From assembly GCF_009914755.1 (NCBI RefSeq), contig NC_060932.1: 64,000 bases of DNA; one strand, written 5' to 3'. This document shows positions 30,343 to 45,752 of the stretch, one piece after another. The translations under genes were made by a program, and so were the position numbers. The notes under the pieces were generated by a model that was given only the letters and a program-made list of their open reading frames with translations, did not search any database and was not told the DNA's origin. Every line of letters starts with the position of its first letter. Positions within the stretch are counted from its first letter, which is position 1. This DNA is from the human T2T-CHM13v2.0 reference genome, Homo sapiens.

Positions 30343-30702
30343 CTAATCCTCCCAAGAAAAGATGCAGAGGCTGAGAAGGAGTGAGGAACAGGACAAATTG
30401 CCCAAGACTAGATTGAAGGGAATTATATCCCTAAATCTTCTGTGTTTCTCTTACCATTGACACTGCTGCCTCTTACTTGGAAAATGTTCATAGTAGGGAC
30501 ATTTTTTGAAAACCCAACATCAAGACTCATCTGGCCCAGGTTGTCTCTCTTCAGTCCCAAGTTCCTAAATCCCTTAATTATGTTTCCATTTTCTCCACTC
30601 TGGAATAAGATTTTAATAGTGCACTTTTCTCTATAAGATAGCTGATTCTTATCAAGGAAAAGACATTTAGGAAAAAAACAAAATAAAATTACAGCTGACT
30701 AG

Positions 30703-31129
30703 TGTATTAGTTTGCTAGGGCTCTTGTGGAAGTCGCTAAACTGAGTGTCTTAAATCACAGAACTGTATTCTCTTACAGTTCTGGAGACTGAAAGATCAAG
30801 GTGTCAACAGAGTAGGCTGTGAGGAAGAATGCAGGTTTTTCTCCGAACTACTGGGGTTTTTGGTGATCTTTGGCGTCCCTGGGCTTGTAAATGGCCAACC
30901 TCTGCCTTCTTCTTCAGGTGCCATTCTCTCTGTATACACATGTCTCTCCAAACTTTCTTTTTCAAAATGACAGCAGTCGTCAGGGGCCCACCCTGCTCCA
31001 ATATGACCTCATCTTAACTAATTATATTGGAAACAACTCTATTTCCAAGTGAGGTCATATTCTGGAGTACTAGAGATTAGGATTTCAGCATCTGAATTGT
31101 GTGGTGGGGACACAGTTCAATTCATAACA
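30703..31129 (-). mobile_element. MaLR solo LTR, MLT1B/MLT1C-like
   Basis: tgtattagtttgctaggg...cagttctggag...tatgacctcatcttaactaatta...ggggacacagttcaattcataaca, with TG...CA termini. Confidence 0.9.
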
Positions 31130-31979
31130 ACCATATACATTAAAATCATTAAATTACTCTGTCTCCTTGTTTTTAGTATGTCATTAAATAGTATGAGAAA
31201 TATTTCACTTACCTAAAATGAATACTCCTTCTTTTTTCTAAGAAAATAGTTTATCTTCTTTGAGTGAAAAGAAATTCCCCTTATTTCTCAAAAGCAACTT
31301 CCTGTGGAAGATCAAGAACTCTTTCCTTCCTTTGTATTTAGAAATGTATTTTTAATTTAATGTATTTCCTAAGGATTTGAAAAATGTAATGTTTGTTTTT
31401 TACAGCAAGATGAAAAATACACCCCTGACAGCATCCACCAGATTTCACCTTGAGGCTATGTGGGCTTCAACAACTTTACAACTCAGAGATTGTTTCTGTA
31501 CTACATTCAGGGTAAAACCCAGAAGACTATTCACATGTAACAAAAGCACATCCACTGAATATCTTGGGCTCCCGAAACTATTGCATTATTAAGAGTGACT
31601 TTTAATAACTTGTACATGTTCACTTTCCAGCTCCATTCTGAAAATAAAGGCACTAAATGTGGGTATTAAGTTAGAGAAATAGAAATAATTCAATGGCTTA
31701 CTTCACATAGCCACAATCCACCGCAGGCATGTAGAAGCAGCGTGACAATTTCTTTGTATCCATGTGAAAGGAAGCAAGTGTAATTCCCATTCTCTCCATG
31801 ATCTCTTTTCCAAACCACCTAAAGTGGACACCTCTCTCCTCTACAAATCAAATGTTTCATGCTTTTATCTGTATTCAACTATTCACATCTTTATTTTCTA
31901 TCTAGATCTTGATTCTATGTTAAAAACAGTGTTTTATGTTTTTGGCCAAGTATTATTTTAAAATTCATAAAAAGCTTTT

Positions 31980-32240
31980 AATGATATGAATGAATACATA
32001 GTGCTAAAAGAGGAAATAAAAAATATATTGTTATTCGGGTTATATAGTTAAATATCCCACTTAAGGAAACTGATTAGAGGAAGTCTGGGATGGTTTTTCT
32101 CAAGCATCTGATATGAAATCATTAACAGTGGCTGCCTCTGGACTGTGGTATCATACAAATATTTTATTTGATTCTTTAAATCTTTAATATTTTGCAAATC
32201 TTATGCCACATAATATTTTATACATAGATTAGTTTATAAA
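31980..32240 (+). mobile_element. Ancient L1ME 3' remnant
   Basis: ttaacagtggctgcctctgg followed by a T-rich 3' UTR-like tract. Confidence 0.4.
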
Positions 32241-32434
32241 CACTTGAAACACTGCTTTGAAAGATAAAATAGAAAAACAAGGGAAAGAAGAGAGGATGGG
32301 CCAGCCAGCTCAGCAAGCATCCTCTTCATTTATGCCGAGTGCCTCCTCTGTGCTCAACAAGAGATGCACAGGTGAGGCCCTGAGAACCAGGACTCTGGTT
32401 GCAAGAGGCAGACAAGCCAAGTACAAATCCCATT

Positions 32435-32950
32435 TCCCACAGACAGTTCTGGCATCTTCCACATCTCACGGTGCTCTGCAAGGTGACCTTGGTCCTCCTC
32501 CAGTCAAGGGGTGGGGGCTGCATCTCCTTCCCTGAATCTGGGAGGGAGGCTTGTGAATCTCCTGAAATGAGTAAAGTGTGGACTGCATGACTGTTGACAT
32601 TATTTTTGAGAAGGTGACACACCTGCTACCTGTTCTCAGGAGTCGTAGCACCCAGGCCCTGAGAGCATTGCAGTGTGAGGGAGCAGGGCTGAGTGTAAAG
32701 GCTGAAAAGTGTTCCTTCCATGCCTCCAGCCCAAGTGCCAGACATAGGCATGCACCAGCCTGTGGATGAGGCCAGCTCCAGCCTTGGGGTCTTCCCACTG
32801 CAAACCCTAGACATTGTGGGCAGAAAGAAGCCACTCCGCTGGGCCCTTTTGAAATTCCTGACCCCCATGGTCCCTGGCATAACCAAAAGGTTGCTGCTTC
32901 ATGCCACTAATTTTGGGGAGGTATGTTACACAGAAATAGTACCGAGAACA
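32435..32950 (+). mobile_element. MaLR solo LTR, MLT1G/MLT1H-like
   Basis: tccttccctgaatctggg...agacattgtgggcagaaagaagcca...aattcctgaccc...atgccactaattttggggaggtatgttacacag...gaaca. Confidence 0.85.
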
Positions 32951-33189
32951 CATAACTCAAACTGAATTAGGAAAAGCAAATCCATTCGCTGCAGTAGCTT
33001 GTCAATGACAGATTTTAACTCTGATGCGCTGTGTCCCTAACCAAGCTCTTGGATTTCCCTCCCCATTTGGTCTTCCGCAGGGTTAACTGTTTTATTGAGT
33101 CGTTTCCATGCAGACCAGATCCTGGCTATCAGCCGCAAAAAGTCATCCTCCTTTGCGCCCATCACAATACCTGATTCATTACCAGTGAC

Positions 33190-33710
33190 TTTCCATTGAT
33201 TCTTCTAAATTTGTAATGCATTCTTTTCTCTCCATTTTCACAACCTAATCAGCAAACTACTAAGCACGTCTGTCTCTGCAGGATGACAGCATAACCCTGG
33301 GACTAAGTTTCCAGGTCACTCTTGCTCTGCTCTATGTCGGCCAATTCTCTTTACAAAATGAAAATCTTATGTTACTTTTCCTTTCTTTTATCCTTCGTTC
33401 ACTCTGACTGATCACAAAATTAATACTAAAATGTTTAAGATGTCCTTCGACGCCGAAGTCTACTCCATCCCTTCCTAGTCTCATGAGGATCTGCTACTCT
33501 TTGCCCTCATTACACAACTTTTCCTGGTTTCCTGAACGAGTTCTGCTGCTTCCCATCCCAGAATGATGTGCATGCTGTTTCCTGGAGAATGTCTTGGATT
33601 GATCTCCCACCCCTTTCTCATAATATATAATACACTTTTGTCCTAGTTAGAACTTGTCTTTCAAGTGTCAGGTTCTCTCACTTGCTTTGATACAACTTCC
33701 CTGAAGCCAT
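33190..33710 (+). mobile_element. L2 remnant
   Basis: ctctttacaaaatgaaaatcttatgttact, tgtgcatgctgtttcctggagaatgtc, ttcaagtgtcagg...cttccctga. Confidence 0.55.
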
Positions 33711-34678
33711 TTCTTCAGTTTAAATGAGAACAAAGTAATATTTTATTCATGGAAGGAAACATTCAATGAAACATGACAAATATACCTTCCTTGACAAAAG
33801 AAGACTTTTCTTATGAAAAAGCAAACATGCATTGACATGTACGATGAACGCATAAAGAAATGTAGTCATTTTGAAGTCAACGAGATAATAAGCAGCAAAG
33901 ATTTTAACTGACTTGCATGAGAAAGTGTGCCTGGCATGAATACTTAATATCCCATGAGGACTAAGTCCCTTTTCCTTGCATCAAATAAGTGCTGCTCTTA
34001 GAAGTCACCGAGAAGAGACTTCTAAAGTTGGAGAAGGAACATGTGCTAATTTCCCACATGCTTTAAATGACGAGGCTGCGCCTCGTGGAGGCTGTCCTGC
34101 TGCTCTCTGAGCTTTCACACAGGCTACCTTGCTCTTCTTCACAAACAGCCAACGTGTTTCAGATATGCGGAACGGAAGACAAACAGCTCCAGCAATGCAT
34201 AAAAAGTTCCTTGGAGCTAATTCGTGGCAGATCGAGGAGAGGGCCCCGTGCATTTATCTGACATCCTCTATCCTATCATACCTGACACTTAACTTCAGAT
34301 TCCATGAGCTTTCCTGTGCAAAATGACCTTCTATGTGCGGTACCCTGGGCTGACATTTTTATATACATTTTGCCATTGAACTATCACTGAACTCTGAGAG
34401 ATAGGTGGCATGAATTGATGTGTGAAGGGAGGTCCACAGTAATTTAGTAAATATTTACCAAATTCCTCCTACGTCTTAGAGGAAGTACAGAAGATACAAT
34501 GGTAAAAGTGATTGCTCCACTGAGTTTCAAATTTTCAAGCAAGAGCAATTAAACTATCTATTAAAATAAGTGCATGAAGTGCTTTAATACATGGATCTTG
34601 AGTATAAATTGTTGAATATGGCTTAGTAGGGTTCTGATATAAATTTCTATATCAAAGAAAATGCAGAAGTAGTAATAG

Positions 34679-34990
<312 letters not shown>

Positions 34991-37921
34991 TAATAATGTA
35001 ACTTCAATTTTGGTTCTGCCTAGGTTTTTTTTTTTCTGGTCCTGAGTTCTTGTTCTGAGTGGGTCATTTATCTCTCGTTCTGCAAAGGCCTGTACTAAAA
35101 TAGGCACGTCCTTGAACTGGGGCTCTTATGACTACATGCGGAATTGTTTCTATCAGTCATGAGAAGCAGGCACATTTCTCATTTCTCATTTCTCATACGA
35201 AAAAGGCTTTGCTTACTTGAATAAACACACCAAAAAAAAAAAATGTTGACTGCTTGGTTTATGTGTCACTCCAAAGGAGAAAGGAAAGAAAAGAAAGATG
35301 AGCATCACGTCCTAGTTTTGCTGTGTTTTTCACATCTGTTTGAGCCCAGAGTGTCTTTTTTAGCTAGGTAATATTTCTGCTCAGCTGAGATGAGGGAAGC
35401 AGCAATAACCCTGAGGAACGAAGCATACACCTCGCATGCAGCCACAGCCTCCCGACTGTGTATGGTCACCTTACCCGATAGTAGCAGAAACATTGAGTTC
35501 TATGATATTATGTAATTTGCCTTGAGGAAGTTCATTATATTTTCACAGAATGAAAGACCATCTTTATTACATCCCTAGCACTGTACGGATTTTTTAACCC
35601 AGTTTACACAGTATCTATTACCCTTGATTGCTTCCCTTTTTGGTTGTCCACAGAAATGTAAAGATGTGAGCCTGGGATTTTTGAGAACCCAAACACATTT
35701 AATCTCTTTGCTTATAGGAAGGGAACAGAAGTTTATGTTGGACATGATTTTAACCTTATCTGCAGTTCTCCTAGGACATTACCAGTCCCCTCTTAATTAG
35801 CCTGAGCACTCTGTAATTAGTCATTCCTCTGATTTAGCAAACACGGATGGAAAAAGAGTTCCATAGATGTACTAATTTGTTTCATTAAACCATTTAACTG
35901 ATCAACCTGTTTATTAATGTTTATCTTCATTTTTCTGTAAAAGGCTTTTTGCTAAGTGCTGGGGGAGATCAAAGGGAAACAAACAACTTCTCCCTCCTCA
36001 ATTACAGTACAATTTTCTCAGTAGTAATGATATTTATTTTATATTTCTCATTTCCGATATATACACTTTTTTCTTATAATTTAGTTTTAAAAAGTGAATG
36101 AATGAACAGAACAAGACTCTAAATAAATAAATAAATAAACACAGAGAGAAAATGAATCAAAAGTGAAACGACACCTGAAAATGAATGTTGAGTCCTTACT
36201 AACATGGATATCAACATTGCTTAGCTATGTACGGGTAAAGAGCAATGTTGTACAATTGTCACAAGCCGTCAGTCTTTTCTGTGTGATAGTACTCAGATGA
36301 AGAGATGTATGTGGATCTCGTGATGAAGACTGGATGAGCCCATATCCTTCTCAGAGACGTTGGGTGTACGTTTGCAGATACGCCTACCACTATTTTAAAA
36401 ATGCAACTGACGGACACAGTAAGATTAATAAGATTACGTACGCTAACTGTTTGTTACCAAGATGCATCTCTATGTCATAATGAAAACTGAACTTTAAGAA
36501 GAAAGACCTGCTTTTGGATGAAGGATATTAGAGTGAATGCAGGGAAGGCTCATTTGACGTGTTTTGTACCCAAGACACCTCTAGCTGTCAGCACATCCGG
36601 CAGTTTTCTGGCTCTTTAAAATTCAATAGACTTTCCTTTCTTGTAAAAAAAAAAAAAAGTTTATGGAAACAGTCCCCATCGCAATCACAAGCGGGTTTGT
36701 TTTCTGCACATAATACATTTACATGCACGGGCTCTGTTGCATGACAACAATATTGTGTAAGTCTTTCCTCCTTAAACCTTCCACCTTGCCAACTGCAACA
36801 GAGAAAGAAGACAGGTCCGGAAGTGGGGACAAACCAGCCGTGGGAGAGACGGAACTTCTTACTCAGTGGAGTAGTTATGTGTGGATGACCAAGTCCTTAT
36901 GCTCATTTCATCCCCCATAAATGTATTTTTTTAAATCCCATATTACTGCTTGGACACTGTGTTTGACATAATTTTGAAAATCTTGGGTGCTGATCACTAT
37001 TCATTACTATTTTGACCACCACCATCTACTGCTTTAAAATAAATTTCGTTTCTAACTTTGGTCCAGGGTTCAAAAGAAAACATAAATAAATAAATAAATA
37101 TAAATCTGTTTCTGAAACAAGTGTCAGATTTTTCAGGATTTTCTAAAACATGAATTTTAACACAATTAGTATATATTATACACGTAGTTTGACATAAAAT
37201 TAGATCACTGCTATATCCACTTAATGAATTAACAATGACAGACAAACGGGCAAAATGCTTTTTCTTACTCATTCCTCTCTGTTACATGCATATATCCTCT
37301 ATTTTTGCTTAGACACTCTCAACATAATTATTACTCACTGATAATAACAGCCCTTGGTACCCAAAAGATTAAAATCACATCCCTCTACATTTCAACTGTA
37401 AGCCTAATTCAGTCTCTCCAGCCATTTCGAACCCAAGAGTCGGTTTTAAATGCGGTCTTGAAAGCACCGTGGAAACCTGGAGCCCTGTGGAGAACAAGGA
37501 AGGGAAAGTTTTTGATGCCAACTTGACCATCCCTCTGTCCCTGGCCATTGCCATGAATATTCTTTAGAACACGGTTAGAAAAGGGACTGGTCGGGGGTGG
37601 AGGAGGTGAAAGAAACTCTTAACTGAATTTAGTAGGCATTCATCCAAGGAGACAAAGGAAAAAAGTGACAGGGAATCCTCAGCCTGTGAAAGCAATGAGG
37701 AATGAATTGTCACAACCAAAGGCCTCTCGGGCACCCATTTGTTGTTAAATATATGTGGCTGAAACATATGCTTAACGTATAAGTTGAGAATTTTCCTAAA
37801 ATTATCTATCATGCAGCTTCTATGGTGAAAACATTCTCAAGGAAACTCCCAGGAATTTCAGGATACCAATATTCCCACACTTGGAGCAGCCACCTTTAAA
37901 TCTTTATTTTAATGAACGCAT

Positions 37922-38155
37922 TGTAGCAGCAGCTACGATGTTACACATAGCCCTGAAACTGGAAATCAAACACAAGTTCTAAGTTGCAGAATGTAATGGA
38001 TAATCTTACGTGTCAACTTGACTGGGGTATGGGGTGTCAAGCTGTAGCAGTGGCTACGATGTTACCTAAAACTGGAAATCAAACACCAGTTCTAAGTTGC
38101 AGAATGTAATCAATAATCTTATGTGTTAACTTGACTGGGGTATGGGGTGCCCAGG
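37922..38155. repeat. Two-copy tandem duplication (~121 bp) spanning the MLT2 5' junction
   Basis: tgtagcag...gctacgatgttac...aaactggaaatcaaacac...gttctaagttgcagaatgtaat...aacttgactggggtatggggtg occurs at 37922 and again at 38043. Confidence 0.95.
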
Positions 38156-38811
38156 CATGTGGCTACACATTTAGCTTGGCTATAAGGGTGTTTCTGCATG
38201 AGATGAACACGTGGATCCTGAGACAGAGCCAGCGGAGTGCCCTACCCATGCTGGCTCGGCCTCATGCCACCAACTAGAGACTTGAATAGAACAAAAGGAC
38301 GGCCCTCCCAGGAGCTAGCGGGAACTCCTCCGGCCTGAGCGCCATAAGCTGGGATGCAGGTTATGTTCTACCTGCTGATTCAAACTGACCCACTGGCTTT
38401 TTCTGGGTTTCAAGAATGCTGGCATTGGAACGGGAATTTACACCCTCAGACGTCCTGGTTCTCAGCCCTTCGGACTCAGATGAAAACTACAGCGTCAGTT
38501 TTCCTGGGTCTCCAGCTTGTGGATTGCAGATCTTGAGATCTGTCTGTTTCCATAATCCTGTGAGCCAATTCCTTATAATTAATCTCTCTGTCTCTCTATC
38601 TGTATCTCTATCTCATCTATTTGTAAATCCATATATCTCCTAATGTGCATATATATATATGCACCTGTATTTTACACACACACATAATATATAATAAATA
38701 AATATGTGTATGTGTGTGTATGTATATATATTATATATATAATATATATATATATATTATATATATAATATATATATATATATTATATATATAATATATA
38801 TATATATATAT

Positions 38812-38843
<32 letters not shown>

Positions 38844-38884
38844 GCATATGTTCTGTTTCTCTGGAGAACCCTGAATAATATACA
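38105..38884 (+). mobile_element. ERVL solo LTR, MLT2D-like, containing an expanded (TA)n tract
   Basis: tgtaat...tatgtgttaacttgactggg...cttgaatagaacaaaagg...gtgagccaattccttataattaatctctc...gttctgtttctctggagaaccctga. Confidence 0.9.
38723..38843. repeat. Pure A/T higher-order (TA)n array, 4 units of ~26 bp
   Basis: ttatatatataa recurs at 38731, 38757, 38783 and 38811 within (TA)n. Confidence 0.95.
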
Positions 38885-39226
38885 GAGAGTCTGCACAATT
38901 CACTGTACAATGAGAGTTCACCACCCTACTTCTAGAATTATTTTTTAAGTTCCGTTTTCCCTAAAATTATGGTTAGTAAAAAAATTCATCATTTTTAAAT
39001 TTGTGAGTGAGGAAACAATTAAAAAATTGCACAATGCCAATACATAAGTTTAATTTAAACTCTCTTCAATTCATTTCAGTAAAGTCACATTTTCTATCAT
39101 CAAAGACCTATCTGAATGATTGAACAGGGTAGAGGTTCTATTTGAACTTTGGATACTTTGGAAAGAGAACAATAATGCAGAACTTTACTTTTTTAAAGTC
39201 ATTAAAATTATCTGGTCATGTCAGTG

Positions 39227-39694
<468 letters not shown>

Positions 39695-40854
39695 TTGCTC
39701 TTTATTTATTCATGCTGTCATTTGTAGTTAAATGTAGTAATCACTAATCACATCTGTCTTATATCTTCCATAAAAATTTTAAAAAAATTAAGTCTGGATG
39801 TTTTCCTCTTATCGAAAACATATTAATTAGCCATAAAGTTATTCAATTATGTTACATAATTTATCTCAGTAAATGTATGCAAAACTTATGCAATTATATG
39901 AGAATACCTTTTACATTTCAGATGTCCACTCAAATAAAATTCTGTAAGCAAGATTTTGAAAAGCATATTACCTTTTGTTTTCAGTTTCTCTTTATTCTTT
40001 TTGTAAATTTTCTTGACTAGAGAAAGCGTATTTTTGCTATTTGCAACGTCACAATAGTTTTAAACAATTAAGTAATTTTTGAATCCGCTATTCAATAAAA
40101 AGCCAAAAACATATGGTAATATATTTGAATTCTTCAATTTAAAGTGTAGGTTTTTTAACTATGTGATTTTTCTTCTCTAGAACAAGGAATGCTTGCCTGA
40201 TACTCTAACAACATATTCTAACAAGTTAAATCCTACTTTAGAACAACCATACATGCTAAGCAAAACATTTATATGTTGGTTTTCTATGATAGTAGCTTTA
40301 TGAATGAGTAATAACTAAATTAGGAAAAAAATTAAAGACTTGAAATCTGAAAGCAACAGGTTAAAACAAACCAATTTCAGTTCAAAAGCCCAAGGATTTA
40401 TATGTTTCGGTTTGCAACAGACACAGTTCAGAACATTTCTCAACCTCATGCCAACGGAACAGACAACTAAGACAACTCAATGTATCATGCATGAAAGCAA
40501 TGCAATTAAACAATATCATGTATCTCAAGCAGATATTATGGTCACTAATCTTTAAAGTGTACTGATTTTATTTTCCCCTCATGACCTGTAGTAGATAATT
40601 GAAAATTAAAAATTGAAATCAGTGAACACATTCAAGTGATTCCGCTTGCTATCAAAATTTGCCCACACCGAGCGACTAGGCTGACTACAGAGATGTTTTT
40701 CATTCTCTTTGTCCTTTACAAACAAAGCCTTACAATTATGTAGGACCAAAGGTAAATCAAGATTATAAGTACAAGAATGACCTTTAGATGCATTAACCAA
40801 CATTTTAATCGTGAAGGGCAAGAGATGACTCTTAAAGTTTTTACTTTGTCTCTT

Positions 40855-41000
40855 ATTAGTCTATGCAGCCTTAGGGATATAATTACCTTTCATGGGCATC
40901 AATGTCTTCATCCGCTGCATGGGAGTCATAATATCTTTTTGTCATAACTCACGAGTTCCTATGAATAACAAATTGGATCAAATTTGAAAATGTTTTCTAA
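40855..41000 (+). mobile_element. MIR remnant
   Basis: tatgcagccttaggg...ttacctttcatgggcatcaatgtcttcatccg...atgggagtcataata resembles the MIR core. Confidence 0.5.
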
Positions 41001-41023
41001 AAACGTACATTCTCTGTAAATAA

Positions 41024-41809
<786 letters not shown>

Positions 41810-44266
41810 AAAACGTAGAAAAACATATTTATAGAAAATATCAAAATGAAGTCACCATAAATCCAGGCGGTAGTCCTTTGTAAATAAACAAGTGCTGCAG
41901 GAGACAAAAGTTGAGACGTGAAAAGACAACATAAATCTCATTTGGAAGAAAGGTAAAATCTTTGATTGGAAACAAAAAAATATAAAGGCCAAAGACTGCT
42001 TTGTCGAAGCTCAATATTTGAAAAGAATGAAAAGCTGTGAAAAACACTCTGAATTACACATGGCTACTTTACAGAAATGACATTCTTGTTTACTCATTAG
42101 CATCATTCATAAGACAAGAGGCAATGGCTTCCTCTTTTCCTCTTTGCTGACAAGGTAGTTCGATTATAAACTGGGCTACTACTGGCAGCAATAAATTGAG
42201 GAAAATATACAACATGACTTCTTTTTAAATTTACAATAGCCACAATAAGTTCATAAATTTGGGAGATAATCATATAGACTCCCAGGTCCCTGGTGTTTTA
42301 ATTTTGTCTCATTTTAATCTTGTCCCCTCTCAACTTTCAAAACTCAATGATATAATTTATGAGTTTGTTGAAGTGGTAAGAAAAAAGTTGACTAAGTTTT
42401 ACATTCCATCTTCCAACTATGTGAAAAAATAAGGCCCAGCATCCTTTGAGATCTTGACTGTTTAATGAAAACTAAGTTTGTTTTTACAAGACAGGAAACA
42501 TTTCACTTTGAAAATGAGAATTCATGATTTAGACAGATTGAAATGAGGGAATCATGTCATGAATATTTATTGTAGCATTAATGTTTGCAAAAGCTATTCA
42601 TAAAGCAGAAAATGGTTATCATTCAAAATTCAAGTGATGGGTTAGGGTGTAAAATATAAAGTAAAATATACAACTTCAAATTCATAGAATTTCTCTGAGT
42701 CATAGAAGCTGAATGTGTGTATATAACTGAATTTGCCAAGCTTATTCCTTAGAAGTATGTAAAGTGTACCTACAGCCAACTAAACCCACACAAAGCCTTC
42801 TTTCTGTTTAACCTAAACTCAAGTTAAATACAGTGTACTGTATCATTTATTAATTAGGGGTATTTTACCATTATAACATTATCACAGTATTTATAATGTT
42901 TTTTCAAAATGTTTTATAAAAACAAGCAAAAAAAAATCCCACACATGTATTTTAAGTTTAATCTGTTTCTACATCAGCTGGTCTCACATTGAGTAGAAAG
43001 ATTTTAATTTGAGTAGAAGGGAGTGAACAATTTAATTACATATATTCTCCCTGCTGGAGTAGGTGAGAAAACATATGTCAGAATGATTTGATTCTACGGA
43101 GAAAGTTGCAATAATTCTTTATGCATTTTAAGTTTTACCTAACTAGACAAAAGAGTCATAGGATCTGTTGGGTAAAAATCTAGTAGTTTTTTAGTACTGT
43201 GGTTTAATTTCTAGTACCTGTAGTTTAATTTCCTTTAGTTTAGACTGGGACATCCTATTCAGTCTATTCTTGCATGTAAATTTCAATCGAGGAGGAAAAT
43301 AAAAGCAGATAATGATTAACGAAGAGGGCTTGGTATTGAGTTTTAGCACCATAGTAAGTAATCCTGAGAAAATATTCTCAAGTTAACTCTCAAGTTGATT
43401 CAAGTTAATTCTCAAGTTGATGGATCATGTAAGGTGGAGTACACAACAAACACCAAAACAACAAATCGCCTGCACGTGTGTGTGTGTGTGTGTTCCCATA
43501 AAAATAGATTGCTAGATTAATCTGTTTCTTGGCATTTTTCATTCTTTCCATAATCTTTAATAAAATATTCCTACAAAACGTATACACGCCATGTTCCTTA
43601 GCTTGATCGAAGTACCAGAAAGTAAACATTCACATAACCACCCCAAAGAACAAGGCATTTGTATCAAACCACCCCGGCTCTCGCTGCTCTATTCCCTCTA
43701 CATGCACGCCCTTCTTCCTTTCTCAGGATCTTCGCTCTCCAAGATCATAGACCGGTTTTCTAAGATCATAGATTGTTTTTGCCTGCTTTTGTATTTCACA
43801 GGATGTCATCACAGAGTAAGCAGGCACTCTTTTTCCTCAGGATTCTTTCACTGGGCATTGGGTTGATGAGGTCACCCTGTGCTATGAGGAGCAGTGCTTC
43901 AACCTGTTGACTGCTGAATAGCCTGCCATCATCATGAATGGGTCAGGATTGGCATATCCATTCCGCCACTGAGGAACAGTTTGGTGGTTTTCAGATTTTG
44001 TCTGTTATGAGTAATGCTGCTATGAACCTTTTATTACATACATTTTGGTGGGTGGGTGTGCACATTTCTGTTGCATACACTTAGGAGCCCTCCTGTTGAA
44101 TAACAGGACACAGTTAACAATAAGCTTTAGTGAAAATCGACAAAGTTAATGTCCAACGTATTCCAATCTCTCCATTTTCCCAAGAACAGCATATGAGAGT
44201 TCCAGTTACCTCACATTCTCAGTAATGCTTGATAATTCCAGCTTTCAAATTTCAGCTGTTCTGTGA

Positions 44267-44268
<2 letters not shown>

Positions 44269-44298
<30 letters not shown>
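44269..44298. repeat. (GT)n microsatellite, ~15 units
   Basis: Direct reading. Confidence 0.95.
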
Positions 44299-44304
<6 letters not shown>

Positions 44305-44375
44305 GAGACCGTCTTTGTGTGTGTATGTAGTGTGATATCTATTGTGTTAATTTAAAAGTCCTTGATAGCTATTTG

Positions 44376-44426
44376 GGGATTACAGGTGTGCACTACCACA
44401 CCCAACTAATATTTGTATTTTTAATA
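44376..44426 (-). mobile_element. Isolated ~50-bp internal Alu fragment
   Basis: gggattacaggtgtgcactaccacacccaactaatatttgtatttttaata; no head, tail or TSD. Confidence 0.85.
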
Positions 44427-44437
44427 TCTTTTCATGA

Positions 44438-44841
<404 letters not shown>

Positions 44842-44903
44842 TGACTCAGGAGTCTAGGAGATCTTCATAAATTCTGGAGATAGCTATGACCTCCCTGTGT
44901 CTT

Positions 44904-45281
<378 letters not shown>

Positions 45282-45447
45282 TAAATCCAATTTATCAATA
45301 ATTTCCTTTGTGGCTAATGCTTTTCAATCCTGTTGTAAAATATCTCCCTATTTCAAGTCATAAAGATATTTCACTGTGAAAAAATCTAGAGCTTTACTGC
45401 TTTACCTTCAGAGGTAGATCTACAAACTGTTTTAATGTTACTATTTG

Positions 45448-45752
45448 TACACACATACCACATACACACACATAACACATGCCCGTCTACACGCCAAACA
45501 CATACATACCACACACACGTTAAAACACGTACACACACACCACACATACATGCACACCACACACATACACACAAAATGCACACATGTACACCAAACACAC
45601 CACACACACTGCACACCACACGCAAACCAATCACACATACCACATACATTACACATAAGTACAAAACCACATACACACCACACACACCACATATGTACCA
45701 CCCGCACATACACATCATAAACACATCCACACATCCACACACACTCATACAT
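45448..45752. repeat. Degenerate (CA)n-rich low-complexity tract (~300 bp)
   Basis: Continuous cacac/catac motifs. Confidence 0.92.
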
